A stretch of DNA of 64,000 nt from a virus (IMGVR_UViG_3300013936_000014), one strand, 5' to 3'. Positions 1 through 10,526 are shown, counted from the stretch's first letter. A program made the numbers and translations. The notes: a model not told the origin generated them from the sequence alone.

Positions 1-630
1 GACGAACTCTTTTTTGCCAAAGAGGCAGACATCGCCGGACTCGAATGATTCGACCCCTTCCACGGTGGCTCCGCCTTCAGAGGACGGATCGGTGGTGGAG
101 GTGCCGACGAAATGCATCGCTCCGGTTATTCCGGCAAGCTTGCCTTCGGCCGCGGTGACCCTTGTGTCTAAGCCAGTTATGGCATCGGCATTCGTTTTTT
201 CGGCGGCTTTTGCCCTATCAGCCTCGGCGGTGATCTTCGCTTCCACCCCGTCAAGCTTCGCTTTGTCTTCTTTTGACATCAAGCCGTCTTTTTCGGTCGT
301 TGCGAGGATCAGCTTGCCCTCAATGGTCGTGCAGCGAGTCTCGAGAGCGCTCACTTTGCTTGCCAATTCGTCCGCGCTGGACGCTTGACCGAATTTCGTC
401 AAGGTCTTGCCGGCATTGATTTGATACAAGCCAACCCCGGCTTCGCTATCCTTGACGATCAAGAGCTGACCGATGTAATAAGCGCTGTCCGAACTGCCTA
501 CTTCGGCAGCTCCGGACGCGGCTTGGACCGCATCGTCGTAACTTTCGAAATAACTATTGGCGTCTAACGGGAACGCGGAGGTTCTGTTGAAACCAACAGC
601 GAAATTCAATTTACCAAATTCCATTGACAT
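1..630 (-). CDS. Partial (runs off window) putative tail fibre/structural protein, MSMEFGKLNFAVGFNRTSAFPLDA...
   Basis: Manual translation from ATG at 630 after a GAGGGGG/AAGGA RBS; open to the window edge; repeat-like DGLMSKEDKAKLDG motif typical of phage fibres. Confidence 0.7.
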   Translation of the reverse strand, partial: MSMEFGKLNFAVGFNRTSAFPLDANSYFESYDDAVQAASGAAEVGSSDSAYYIGQLLIVKDSEAGVGLYQINAGKTLTKFGQASSADELASKVSALETRCTTIEGKLILATTEKDGLMSKEDKAKLDGVEAKITAEADRAKAAEKTNADAITGLDTRVTAAEGKLAGITGAMHFVGTSTTDPSSEGGATVEGVESFESGDVCLFGKKEFV

Positions 631-647
631 ATTTCCTTACCCCCTCA

Positions 648-1715
648 TCAAGCAACCGTGAAATGCCATTTGTTGGCTTTGTCGCAGGCTGCTGCATTGT
701 CCTTATAATAGACATTATAGGATTTGGCCGTATAGCCGTTGGCGCCTTCAACATCCACAGTGATGTGCTTGAATGCGCTGAAAGCTTCGGCATTCAAACC
801 GTTCACGTCTTTGATCGACGTGATCGTCCTTGGCGCCGGAACGGCGATGATGACTCTCATATCGCCGACGGATTCAGCCGCATCTCCGGTATTGCCGGCG
901 GAAATCGATCCGCCTTTTTTGCCGGACAATCCGCGAATGACGGCGCTCGTTGGGGTGCCTTCCTTCGATTTGACACCGCCCCAGAAGCTGTTCCGGTAAC
1001 CAGTGATGGCAGATGAGGTGGAGCTCTTCGTGCCCGCTTTGATTGCCAGATCAGGCTTCTCAGTGCCTAAATTGTTCTTAGGGCTTACGCCTGCGGTGTG
1101 GGTTGCCACAACGCTCACTTTATAATTGGTGTCATCAGCGACGGTGAATTGATAATTGCCGTCTTCCACGGCGAAATTGCCGCTGTCGGCGGTAGCGGTG
1201 TGCTTATCGGTGTCAGAAACCGCAAAAGTGGCGGTAACCCCCGTAGCAGGGCCATATTGATAACTGCCGCTGCCAAAACCGACCTGATAGCTGGGGGTGA
1301 TGACCGTGCCGACCTCTTTTGCCCCAGCCTCATTCAATCTGATACTGACCCAAGGTTGGTCGACTTTAGGATCTTTCGCCGAAGCGAACAGCCCGGATAA
1401 GAATTCCTTCAATGTCTTGTCTTTGGCGGCTATCGTTCCGCTTCCGGAAGCCGGCACGGTGAAAGTGCCAATATTGACGGTCGCGGTGAAATCGCTTGTC
1501 ATTTTGACGTTTTCGTCGGTGAGCTCTATCTCGTCTTTGACCGCGTAAGGAAGCTCTTCCCAAGTCTTAACGCCATCACCGATCTTGAATTTGTTCGTAT
1601 CGGTCTCAACGCCAATCTCACCCGCCAAGAGAATGACGCTCTTATTGGCCAGCCAGTTGGCCGCGGTGTCATGACGAAGCTGAATTTTCATTTTCAAAAT
1701 ACTGTTTTCAGCCAT
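648..1715 (-). CDS. Tail fibre-associated protein with major-tropism-determinant/hyaluronidase-type N-terminal domain
   Basis: IQLRHDTAANW...LLAGEIGVETDTNKFKIGDGVKTWEELPY motif; GGAGGAGG RBS before ATG 1715. Confidence 0.75.
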   Translation of the reverse strand: MAENSILKMKIQLRHDTAANWLANKSVILLAGEIGVETDTNKFKIGDGVKTWEELPYAVKDEIELTDENVKMTSDFTATVNIGTFTVPASGSGTIAAKDKTLKEFLSGLFASAKDPKVDQPWVSIRLNEAGAKEVGTVITPSYQVGFGSGSYQYGPATGVTATFAVSDTDKHTATADSGNFAVEDGNYQFTVADDTNYKVSVVATHTAGVSPKNNLGTEKPDLAIKAGTKSSTSSAITGYRNSFWGGVKSKEGTPTSAVIRGLSGKKGGSISAGNTGDAAESVGDMRVIIAVPAPRTITSIKDVNGLNAEAFSAFKHITVDVEGANGYTAKSYNVYYKDNAAACDKANKWHFTVA

Positions 1716-1762
1716 AACTTCTAATTTCCTCCTCCTGAAAATGTGCCTTTTGGACAACACGG

Positions 1763-2368
1763 TCACAAACCGTTGCTGTCTCCCCCGAAAAGAATTACGG
1801 AACTCTCGTCGGATTCCCCGTTGAGAACATTCACTATGTCTTGCTTCGCGGTGGGCGAATCGGTGAGCTTCGCCGCTTTGACATATGCCAGCCCGTTTTC
1901 TTCGACCTTGACATAATTCCTTTCACCGTCTTCGGAGGTCTCGACCTTTGAGGATCTTATGCCTCCTATTGCATCTTCCGTGGCGATTTTCGCATCGAGG
2001 CTGGTGGCCCCAGCGGCATGCCATTCATTCTCGCTCCAGAAGTATAGCAAATAATTTTTCCCGTCTTCCGAAAGCACCGCATAAAGGGCGTTTTCGCTCG
2101 CCTCGTCTTCTTTTGGCAAAGAGCTCACGACCTCAAGCCTGAGGGACGGGATGTCCCCGGCGCCGAATATCGATTGCCCGCCTATCGTCTTGACGTCCAA
2201 CGGCGTCTGTCCTTCCAACGGCTCTCCTTTCCGATAAAGATAAAGCTTTCCGTCTACGGCGACGATGTCCGTGGGGGCCTGCTCCGTGGCGATTATGCCT
2301 GCGCTCGAAAGCCTGATTCTCTTTTTTATTACCAAATTGATTTCCGAGTTTTCCTTGTCTAATGACAT
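1763..2368 (-). CDS. Hypothetical tail-associated protein
   Basis: ORF with GGAGG RBS; co-oriented in the tail region. Confidence 0.6.
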   Translation of the reverse strand: MSLDKENSEINLVIKKRIRLSSAGIIATEQAPTDIVAVDGKLYLYRKGEPLEGQTPLDVKTIGGQSIFGAGDIPSLRLEVVSSLPKEDEASENALYAVLSEDGKNYLLYFWSENEWHAAGATSLDAKIATEDAIGGIRSSKVETSEDGERNYVKVEENGLAYVKAAKLTDSPTAKQDIVNVLNGESDESSVILFGGDSNGL

Positions 2369-2793
2369 ATTTCTACCTCCGCTTTGTTGTTGACGCAAAT
2401 CGTGGTAATATCCGTCGACACGGAACCATTCTCATCTTTGCGCACGTATCTCACGCAATAAGTGTATTTCCCGCGATGAAATTTATGGGAAATATCCTTG
2501 GTGAACTCCAAAGAAGCCACGTGGTAGTTCTCCGACCCATTGTCATTGCTTATGTTTTTGCAGATGAAAGAGTGGATCACCTCTTTCCTTCCGTTGTAGA
2601 AAGTCACAACTACCTGGTCATTTGGTCCGAAATCGATCAATTTGTTGACCTGGTTGCCTTTCTCATCGGTCTCCTGCTCTACGAGGTTGATTTCCATGTC
2701 GACAGCGAAAGTGTCCCCATAGAACCACTTCAGCACGCCCTTGTCCATGCGAGGACTCTGGGGCGCAGGAACCATAATATTCTCATCTTCCAT
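2359..2793 (-). CDS. Hypothetical protein (start may extend to 2910)
   Basis: ORF; GGAGGG RBS before ATG 2793. Confidence 0.55.
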   Translation of the reverse strand: MEDENIMVPAPQSPRMDKGVLKWFYGDTFAVDMEINLVEQETDEKGNQVNKLIDFGPNDQVVVTFYNGRKEVIHSFICKNISNDNGSENYHVASLEFTKDISHKFHRGKYTYCVRYVRKDENGSVSTDITTICVNNKAEVEICH

Positions 2794-2902
2794 AATTAAG
2801 CCCTCCGCGTTGAGATTCCTTTTTCGCAAGAAACCTTTGTTGAGGGAGCTTGAAATCCGAACCCCCTCTGAAAGATCCCTTGCAGACCTCTTTAAAACCA
2901 TG

Positions 2903-3394
2903 TCATCCATGGTTCTTCGTATCGCTTTCCCTCATCTTTTTCAGATTCAGTATTCTTTGGTTGGAACTGCCTCTCCAAAGAAGTTTGCCTCTGCCCGGAT
3001 TCAGGGCATCCACATAAGGACCGTCGATGAGCACGTCTATATATCTCATCATTTCAAGATCCTTGATGTCCTCATAGAGGAATCCCGTATAAACCCATAT
3101 GGTCTTGTCGGGATAGCGTTCTTTTATCCATTTCATGATTTCGGCGCCTTCCTCTCTGTTTGACGGGAAAGTGACCTCCCCTCCAGAAAAAGTGACGCCC
3201 GAGATCTCTTCTCTTCTCAATTGCTCATCAAGAGCGTCGTACAGCCATTCCCCGACAGGGGTGCCGACATTGGGGTCCCATGTCTCCGGATTATGGCAAT
3301 GCGGGCATCGATGGCTGCAGCCAGCGCACCATATCACGCATCTGAGCCCATCCCCATTGACCTGATTGTTCCTCTCAAATCTGATGATGTTCAT
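2903..3394 (-). CDS. nrdG: Anaerobic ribonucleotide reductase activase (radical SAM)
   Basis: NGDGLRCVIWCAGCSHRCPHCHNPETW (CxxxCxxC), GVTFSGGE, WRGSSNQR; start overlaps the nrdD stop. Confidence 0.93.
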   Translation of the reverse strand: MNIIRFERNNQVNGDGLRCVIWCAGCSHRCPHCHNPETWDPNVGTPVGEWLYDALDEQLRREEISGVTFSGGEVTFPSNREEGAEIMKWIKERYPDKTIWVYTGFLYEDIKDLEMMRYIDVLIDGPYVDALNPGRGKLLWRGSSNQRILNLKKMRESDTKNHG

Positions 3395-4377
3395 CACATG
3401 GACCTTCTGTCTTTCACTTCCGCCATTTTGGCGTCGTTCATTTTCGTGGTGCCCTCCACTTTGGAATAGCCGAGGTATCCGCACACCCTGTTTATGGTGG
3501 TGAGGTTATGGGACCCGCAGAAACCGCAGACCTCGTCGGCATCGTCGGTCTCGTTCCCACAGTCCTCACAATAGGATTTCTCTATGTTCACACCGAAATA
3601 ATATCCCAATTTCATCGCGCGCCTTATGCATTGTTTGATATATGCCTCATTCATCCCAGAGACGAAACGGCAATATTGGATGTGCCCGCCGCTCGCGATA
3701 TGGAAATATCGGAATTCCGCGTCCTGCTTCTCATAAGGCGTAATATCCTCGGTCACATGCATATGAAAGGAATTCGTGAAATACGCCCTATCAGACACTT
3801 TGTGGATCACGCCATATTTCTTCACGAATTGCTCTCGCTGAGTCCCACAAAGAGACTCTGCCGGAGTCCCATAAAGGGCCGCTATATAACACAGTTTTCC
3901 TTCTTGATATTCTATTTTTTTCTCATCGACATAGTTGCTTATGTATTTAAGGACTTTGTAAGCAAAAGCATCTTCGTCGTTTCTCACGTCATACAAAGAT
4001 TTCCCGTTATAAAGTTCTTGCAGCTCGTTCAAAGCGGTGAATCCATAAGAGAAGGTTATCCTCTTGACAAGAGGAGCGATGTCGTCTGTCGGCTTGAGGC
4101 GTCCAAAACCGCCTTCGCAATATCCGACCGGATTGCAGCTCGCTTTCAGTTTGCATAAGAAATCGAACGTTTTTATATGGAGATGGTTGATCATATCAAG
4201 ATAATAATCAAGCACTTCATAAAATCCTTTTTTCTCTTTCAATGATTTCTCATAAATCATCGGAAGATTCAAAGAAATTGCGCCGCCGTTAAAACGCCCG
4301 GTAAATATCGGCCTGTCTTCATCGCTGGCCGGCTTCAATCCGCCCTTCTCATAATAGGCGGACAAGTAGGCTCTACA
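3394..4377 (-). CDS. nrdD: Anaerobic ribonucleotide reductase, exon 2 (starts CRAYLS)
   Basis: GRFNGGAISLNLP, YGTPAESLC, C-terminal Zn ribbon and RVCGYLG glycyl-radical motif. Confidence 0.92.
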   Translation of the reverse strand, partial: CRAYLSAYYEKGGLKPASDEDRPIFTGRFNGGAISLNLPMIYEKSLKEKKGFYEVLDYYLDMINHLHIKTFDFLCKLKASCNPVGYCEGGFGRLKPTDDIAPLVKRITFSYGFTALNELQELYNGKSLYDVRNDEDAFAYKVLKYISNYVDEKKIEYQEGKLCYIAALYGTPAESLCGTQREQFVKKYGVIHKVSDRAYFTNSFHMHVTEDITPYEKQDAEFRYFHIASGGHIQYCRFVSGMNEAYIKQCIRRAMKLGYYFGVNIEKSYCEDCGNETDDADEVCGFCGSHNLTTINRVCGYLGYSKVEGTTKMNDAKMAEVKDRRSM

Positions 4378-4639
4378 CGTTTTATCGAATGTCACCATTC
4401 GCACTGACTATATTATCAGCTTTCGCTGTTTCCTATTTGGACTCGGTGCTTATCTCCGAGTCTACTCCGTTACATTCATCGCGGATAGTCGATACAGGTT
4501 CCTAATCTTTTTATAACCAATAAGATTAAGCTTCTCACGGTCTCATCTTATTTCTAAGACCTAACCGTTAGCAGCGACTAGTGTCGCCACACCCCCGAGC
4601 GGGGTTAAGGAAATTTAAGATGGGCTGTAGTTTGCGCTT
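4378..4639 (-). mobile_element. Group I self-splicing intron in nrdD (262 nt, no ORF)
   Basis: Exon ends AUGGGU and pairs with intron GCCCAU (P1, U.G wobble); CUACA pairs with 3' exon UGUAG (P10); P7 GACUAU/AUAGUC; terminal G; splicing restores PMG-CR. Confidence 0.92.
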
Positions 4640-5926
4640 ACCCATCGGGCTGATAATCGAATCAACCCATTCAGGATTCTCCTGAACATTCTCGTTCTTA
4701 TCCAAATACCATCTGGACACTCCGAATTTATGATATTTCTTGAATATGTTTGCAATCTGCGGGTCGTAATGAGGAGCGTGGGCGCCTTTGATCAAAGTCT
4801 CGTCCGGCTCATCGAGCGACAGCCAGTCCGGATACATTGCCACACAGGAAGTCTTCACGCCTTCGTTGAACAACCATTCTAATGGCTTGCCTTCCCCATG
4901 GAGTTCTTTCGTATAAAGGAACACCATCTTCGGGAAGATCGCCGGACGTTTGTGGCCAGGATGTCCTTGTCCTTCGCGTCTGACTTTCAGTGCCGTGGAC
5001 CAAACCAGAGCGCCGAATCTCGTTTCGTCACATCCGCCGGTGACGGTGATGAACGGGTAATCGCCGCGGCTTGAAGCCACAGTGTTGAACGTATGCTCGA
5101 ATCCCTGGAATACCTGCTCGATATCCCTTTCGACTTTCTTGATCGCGTACTGATCCGCCGCATGCTCATCGTAATTGCCGTTCGTCAAAGCGCAGAGCGT
5201 TTTGTACTCGAGCATGTATTTGTCATAGGTTTTTTCGGCATAGGGGGCCAAGATCGAATCTATCTCCGGCAATGTGAACCCCCCGTATTGCTGAGCCGCG
5301 CAATTCAGCGTGATGTCGCTGATCAGATTGCCTGCGGTTCGCACATCTTTAGGCTCATTGTAACCTATATGCTCCCACTCAAATCCGCCTTGCAATACTT
5401 TACCCATATCGAATAAACAGCAGTTTCCTGTGTCCAGCCTAGCGGACAGATCATGTATATAAATATACCCGTCGCTCATGGCGGACAATTCCTCTTTGCT
5501 GAGAAAATTCTTTTTGTAGATCTCTTTATTCAACGCGGAATACACCATGCTTCTCTTCGTGGAGACGAGAGCCGCCGATGTGTTCGCGTTGCTGCGATCT
5601 ATCTTGTAATTCATTTCATCCGCCGTTTTGAGGACGTTATCCATCATTTTGATGAAATCTTCCTTGTAGTTGCGGTAATCCCTATATGCCTTCGCGACAT
5701 CTTTATTCACTTTATCCAAAGCGCACTCCACGAAATTGTGCATCTTGGCCACAGGGATATTATCTTGTCCGTCTTTCTCGATTTCTTCTCCGATGAACCT
5801 CTTTATGTCTTCGAGGTCTTTGCCAGACAAAGAGATATTCACCCTATCCGCCGACTTACTCACCGCGGATCTGATTTTCTCGAAATCGAAAGGGACACAA
5901 TGATTGTCTTTTTTAATAACATTCAT
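4640..5926 (-). CDS. nrdD: Anaerobic ribonucleotide reductase, exon 1 (ATP cone; ends ISPMG)
   Basis: N-terminal ATP cone, IYIHDL, NCCLFD, QQYGG, IFPK; spliced product ~756 aa. Confidence 0.92.
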
Positions 5927-5977
5927 AAGATGATGTCTCCTTTTCAGAAAAGATTATACGATAAAAAACTTGCGGAA

Positions 5978-6706
5978 TCAAGCTTTTTGCTTTCCTTCCT
6001 GTTTCTCTTCGTTGTCTTTTTCCGTTTTCCCATCGGCTCCGCCGGCTTTGTTCTTCGTGTTAATTGGGGCAGAGATGCCAAGAGTGGAATATATCTCTTT
6101 GTCAAGGGCATTACCAAGAGCCTCGTCTCCCACGGCCTGCTTCAAAGCCTGCCAATGAGGATCTTCCCCATTGAGGATGCTCTTCATGTCAGACAGCATC
6201 TCGGGGGTGAGGGTCTTCGTCGCCTTGTCCATTTGCTTGACCAACTCGTCTATTTTCTCGCTGGAGAAATTATCCGCCGCTTCCGTGATTTTGTAGATGT
6301 TCCCGAAATTCACCATTTTGTCGATCAGATCACACAGACGGGCGAAATCGGCACCGCAGAATTTCATGATATAGTCGATGAAGCCGAATTCGCACAGGGC
6401 GTCATAAATCGTCTCATCCGCGACGAAACTGCCCAAATCATTCTCCAGATTGATGCAATATTCCAAGATTCCGTACATCGTTTCCGCCACCATAAGATGG
6501 ACGGCGGATTTCACCATATCCCTCTCAACATTGAAGATGTTGGCGGATATGATGGACGCGCAGATCGCCTTCCTGTCTATGCTGAGATAGGGGATCACCT
6601 GCAGTTTCTGCATGTATTCGTGGACTTTCTTGTCGTTTTCTTCCGTTGGGTTCTTCTGGAACTCAAGGACAGAAGTCAGAATGTCAGTAAGTTTTATTTT
6701 ATCCAT
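5978..6706 (-). CDS. Hypothetical protein (possible tail assembly chaperone)
   Basis: ORF with AGGAG RBS; position only. Confidence 0.55.
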   Translation of the reverse strand: MDKIKLTDILTSVLEFQKNPTEENDKKVHEYMQKLQVIPYLSIDRKAICASIISANIFNVERDMVKSAVHLMVAETMYGILEYCINLENDLGSFVADETIYDALCEFGFIDYIMKFCGADFARLCDLIDKMVNFGNIYKITEAADNFSSEKIDELVKQMDKATKTLTPEMLSDMKSILNGEDPHWQALKQAVGDEALGNALDKEIYSTLGISAPINTKNKAGGADGKTEKDNEEKQEGKQKA

Positions 6707-6726
6707 ATTGTTTTTCTCCTTTTGCC

Positions 6727-7737
6727 TCATTCCTGCTGAACAGGCTTTTTTGAGAAGAAATCGCTCAGGATCTCCTCATCGCTCACATCATTGTATATCT
6801 TTATCATATCGGGGCTGGACCAAGAGAATATAAGGGTCACGACCGAATCCGGGAGGTGCATGCTCTTCAGCAAAGTGCAGAAATAATGCCTGCCGGAATG
6901 GCTGTAGAAATCTATCCCGAATTTTTTCGAGATCCTTCTGGCGAACATATTCGCGGTGGAGACATTGGCGGGCACCCATTTGCCGTCTTTTTCGGTGACG
7001 AACAGATAGTCGTTTTCTATGCCCAGGTTATTCCTTTCCTCCATCCAGTTCCTCAAATAAGGGTCGAAACTGTCTTTTATGACGTATTTTTTGATCAATT
7101 TTCCGATTTTGCCTCTGCCTTTCGATCTGATTTGGGGGGTGCAGTACATATATCCGTCGAAAACCTCGTTCTCTTTCGTGAAAAAAGAGGCCTTCATCTG
7201 AAGCATCTCCGATTTCCTCGCACCGCAGGAGCATACCAAAGCCACATAACAGGCCAATTGGTATTCCTTTTCGGCCGTAAGCGTGTCCAGCATGCTCTTG
7301 ACCTCTTCGTTGGAAAGAACCGTTTTTTCCCTCACCGTCGTGATATGCACGGGCTCAAGCCCTCTGAGCTGATTATGAAAATTCGGATATTCGTCCTCGT
7401 AAAGAAGCTCAATCTCGGTGGAAAGACTGCTGAGGCATGATTTCAAGGAGGCAATTCTGTTGGGGCTCATCCCCAACTCTCTCAAATACCCGAAATAGAA
7501 TACAAAATCCCTCTTTTTCAGGTCGACGAAAAACTTATCGCCGTTCTCCCTATAATTCCAGCAGAAGAAGACCTTGAGCCACGCCTCGTATTGCTGCTGC
7601 GTTTTCGGGGATTTGTCGTTGCTTTTGCAATATTGCAGATATTCCTTCACCAGCCGTCTGTTCTGAGGCGAGACCTTTTCGTAATCGCTGGTGAGGTTGT
7701 CGTTGTATACCGTTGATCTTGCCATGGTAGATTTCAC
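6727..7737 (-). CDS. Tyrosine recombinase (XerC/D-like, SPbeta YomM-like position)
   Basis: N-terminal SAM-like domain, CGARKSE (catalytic R), HSGRH, C-terminal Y. Confidence 0.88.
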   Translation of the reverse strand: MKSTMARSTVYNDNLTSDYEKVSPQNRRLVKEYLQYCKSNDKSPKTQQQYEAWLKVFFCWNYRENGDKFFVDLKKRDFVFYFGYLRELGMSPNRIASLKSCLSSLSTEIELLYEDEYPNFHNQLRGLEPVHITTVREKTVLSNEEVKSMLDTLTAEKEYQLACYVALVCSCGARKSEMLQMKASFFTKENEVFDGYMYCTPQIRSKGRGKIGKLIKKYVIKDSFDPYLRNWMEERNNLGIENDYLFVTEKDGKWVPANVSTANMFARRISKKFGIDFYSHSGRHYFCTLLKSMHLPDSVVTLIFSWSSPDMIKIYNDVSDEEILSDFFSKKPVQQE

Positions 7738-7739
7738 CC

Positions 7740-8591
7740 CTATAACTCAGTCACGACATCAGACACCGTTAAACCTGTAAAGGCAGAAGTGGCATTAACG
7801 GTATTAAACAAAACCCCCATATCTTCACTAGTGTCGGGATAATATAAAATGGTGTTCTTAGAATTATCATATTGTATTTTTTCTATGATTGTTTTTATTT
7901 TAGCTGTCGTATCTACATAAACGCCTGTAACATAAACAACCCCATTATTGCCGAAAACTTCAGGAAATTGACTTGGATTTTTAACTGCAGTTTTATCACT
8001 AGAATAAACTATGGCGTTTATAGAAGCGGACTTAGTCTGATCCTCGCTAGTCCAATACATGCTCAAGCTATGGCTATAATATTCCTTTTGAGCGGCGCTG
8101 ATGGTGCTGTCGCTTGAAATGGTGATGTTGCTTCCCGCCTTCAATTTGTTTTGTTTACCATTCAGGTCATTAGCGGTGGCCAATCTGACCCAATCGGCCC
8201 ACGACGTCCCGTTGTATGTTCTTTCGTAGATTGAGCCGGTGTTCTGATTGCTGCTCACCAAAAACTGGGTGTACCAGCCTATGGCCGTTCTCACCACGGT
8301 CAGCCCGAAAGCCGCCACTCCCGAAGGTTTATTGGGGCTCTTATTGCCGCCATCGGCATAATATTTCCCTTCCCCAACCAAAGTATTCAAATCAATCCCT
8401 GCATCAAGAGCGCTTGCTGTAGCAGAGGCGGATCCTGCCGACCCACCAGATTCTCCGCCAGCGATATTGCCGACGAACATGGATTTCGTGATGGCTTTGA
8501 TCTCTCCCGCTTTCAAATCACCGTAATCAGAGCTGCCAGCATCCGCGGCGGCCAGAAACGTTTTCGTTTTTTTATTGATTTTCTTTGCCAT
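7740..8591 (-). CDS. Tail fibre/receptor-binding protein with pyocin-knob-like domain
   Basis: DLNTL..GKYY...NKPSG...TQFL...IYERTYNGTSWADW knob motif; AT-rich variable C-terminus. Confidence 0.65.
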   Translation of the reverse strand: MAKKINKKTKTFLAAADAGSSDYGDLKAGEIKAITKSMFVGNIAGGESGGSAGSASATASALDAGIDLNTLVGEGKYYADGGNKSPNKPSGVAAFGLTVVRTAIGWYTQFLVSSNQNTGSIYERTYNGTSWADWVRLATANDLNGKQNKLKAGSNITISSDSTISAAQKEYYSHSLSMYWTSEDQTKSASINAIVYSSDKTAVKNPSQFPEVFGNNGVVYVTGVYVDTTAKIKTIIEKIQYDNSKNTILYYPDTSEDMGVLFNTVNATSAFTGLTVSDVVTEL

Positions 8592-9285
8592 ATTCTTCCT
8601 CCTTTAATCTTGGCGCCACTTTCATTCTCTCCAGCCTCTCGATCTCTTGGTCTAAGGCCGAGATGGCATGCGCGGCTTTCAATTCCTTTTTGTGACGTTT
8701 GACTTCTCGCATTCTTTCAGCGATGTCTTTGTCCCATTTGAATTCGCAGAGCGTTTTTGCCAAAAAGACGGCGTCTGTCTCATCCAAAGTCGTTGTTTTC
8801 AATTCGGCGGGGAATATGCCATACAGGTAATCCCTCACCATTTCTTTCGTTACTTTATCCCCGGCACCCAGACCGTTGATATGCCTGAAATAAGCATGGG
8901 TGGTCGCCGGAGCCACCCCTTTGTAATCATAACAGGGTATCCCCCTTTCGTAACAGCAGACATCCAGAATTGCATGGCTTTTCGCCAAGGCGACGAAGGT
9001 CTGCACAGTTGACGACCCTCCATGAATCTGGGTTGGCATCATTTCCTTCGAGACGAAGTAATTTTCGCGTCCTATCTCCTTATCCAATTCATCAAAGAGC
9101 GCGTTTATCCTTGTTTTGAGCTCCGCGGCAGGAAGCTCTGTTCCGTCCTTTACCCTTATCACCGCGGTGCACAGAGGCTCTTTTTTCGCGATGTTCCAGA
9201 CGCATACTCCCGTGACCTTGCTGGCCAAATCGAACATGACAAGATATTTATAGGAATCCATTTTGTCTTTAAATTTAATCTCCAT
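8572..9285 (-). CDS. RuvC-like Holliday junction resolvase
   Basis: LVMFDLASKVTGVCV, SKE, DETDA RNase H-fold acidic residues. Confidence 0.7.
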   Translation of the reverse strand: MEIKFKDKMDSYKYLVMFDLASKVTGVCVWNIAKKEPLCTAVIRVKDGTELPAAELKTRINALFDELDKEIGRENYFVSKEMMPTQIHGGSSTVQTFVALAKSHAILDVCCYERGIPCYDYKGVAPATTHAYFRHINGLGAGDKVTKEMVRDYLYGIFPAELKTTTLDETDAVFLAKTLCEFKWDKDIAERMREVKRHKKELKAAHAISALDQEIERLERMKVAPRLKEEEYGKENQ

Positions 9286-9344
9286 AAAAATCCCCTTTTC
9301 AAAAAATACTATTGCCAATAATATGCTCTGAAAAGAGCATTTGA

Positions 9345-9371
9345 AAAAAGCGGACTTCATGTCCGCTTTTC
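9345..9371. terminator. Intrinsic terminator (possibly bidirectional)
   Basis: AAAAAGCGGAC-ttcat-GTCCGCTTTT. Confidence 0.75.
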
Positions 9372-9383
9372 TATTACTTCCTT

Positions 9384-10526
9384 TTATCTCTTGCTCGGCT
9401 CATTGAGCTCTTTCTCCAACCTTTCCAAATTGTCCTTCAGCCTCAAATCGCCTTTGTCTTCCTCGTGCGCAAGCCTGGCGTACATCAGAGCCGTGTGTTT
9501 CGCACCCGCGTAATAATAGGCTATGCACAGCAGATCGGCGGGCTCGCTCGTCCAGCATCTGTCCCATTCGAGCCACGAATAGAGCCTTCTTGACTTCAGC
9601 AACGCCTCATTGATGATGTTAATCGCCTCTTCGTATCTTTTCTGGGAGATGTACACTTTCGCCAACTCAAGGTAATTGTCCCTGAATTCCGGGCTTTGCG
9701 CGATTCCTTGCTTGAAATCGACGATGGCTTTCTCTGGCATCCCCAAATCGACATGGCACTTGCCTTTGAACATGAACAAATCCGTTTTGCATGAATACAG
9801 ATCATTCGCGCCGATATTCGGCATCACCGTCTTGTCTATGAATTCCAGGCACTTCTCTTTGTTTCCCGAATAATAATACTCATGTGCGAGGTAAACCAGC
9901 CCATAGTAATCATCCGGGTTCTCCTTGGCTCTCAATTCCAGCAACGGAAGATAAGACGACCTTCCTTCTTTATGCAAAGGATAATGATGCAGCCATATGT
10001 CATCGCTCACGGCGGTTCCGGATTCCCCATCATAAGAGGAATCCCCTCCCCAAGTCAGGGTTTCGTGCACCGGGTATCTCCAGAACCAGTTCCCGGAATT
10101 GTCATGGCATTTGTCATACCAGAAAACCCTAGCCGGACTCCCGTCCTGATTGTGGGACCATGCGTATTTGTACCACATGCGATGCTTGTTCCCTTTGCCC
10201 CACGCCTCCCTGAATCTGTCGCCCCATCCGGGCTCCAAAACCTCATCAAGATCCGTGGAGATGCAGAAATCCGCGTCTTTGGGAATCATCCTCATGTTCG
10301 CGTTTCGGGCGACATCAAACCTCCAAGGCCTAACTTCCGCCTGAGACAGGATAATTTTCCGAGGGTATTTCGCCTGCCATTCCTTCAGCCGTTCCCAAGT
10401 ACCATCGGAGCTGCCCGTATCGAGAATGCACAGGTAGTCCGCCTCCAGCATGGAATTCATCCATCTGTCGACGTTCTGCAGCTCGTCCTTGCAGATTGTG
10501 TAGACCGCGACCTTGTATTGACCCAT
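9384..10526 (-). CDS. Family 2 glycosyltransferase with TPR repeats
   Basis: VAVYTICKDE, ILDTGSSDGT, FDVARN, DLDE (DxD), VHE; C-terminal TPR helices. Confidence 0.88.
   Translation of the reverse strand: MGQYKVAVYTICKDELQNVDRWMNSMLEADYLCILDTGSSDGTWERLKEWQAKYPRKIILSQAEVRPWRFDVARNANMRMIPKDADFCISTDLDEVLEPGWGDRFREAWGKGNKHRMWYKYAWSHNQDGSPARVFWYDKCHDNSGNWFWRYPVHETLTWGGDSSYDGESGTAVSDDIWLHHYPLHKEGRSSYLPLLELRAKENPDDYYGLVYLAHEYYYSGNKEKCLEFIDKTVMPNIGANDLYSCKTDLFMFKGKCHVDLGMPEKAIVDFKQGIAQSPEFRDNYLELAKVYISQKRYEEAINIINEALLKSRRLYSWLEWDRCWTSEPADLLCIAYYYAGAKHTALMYARLAHEEDKGDLRLKDNLERLEKELNEPSKR

Noticed and set aside
648-1715. Diversity-generating retroelement target
   Set aside because: Only an MTD-type N-terminus; no reverse transcriptase or TR/VR pair seen in the window
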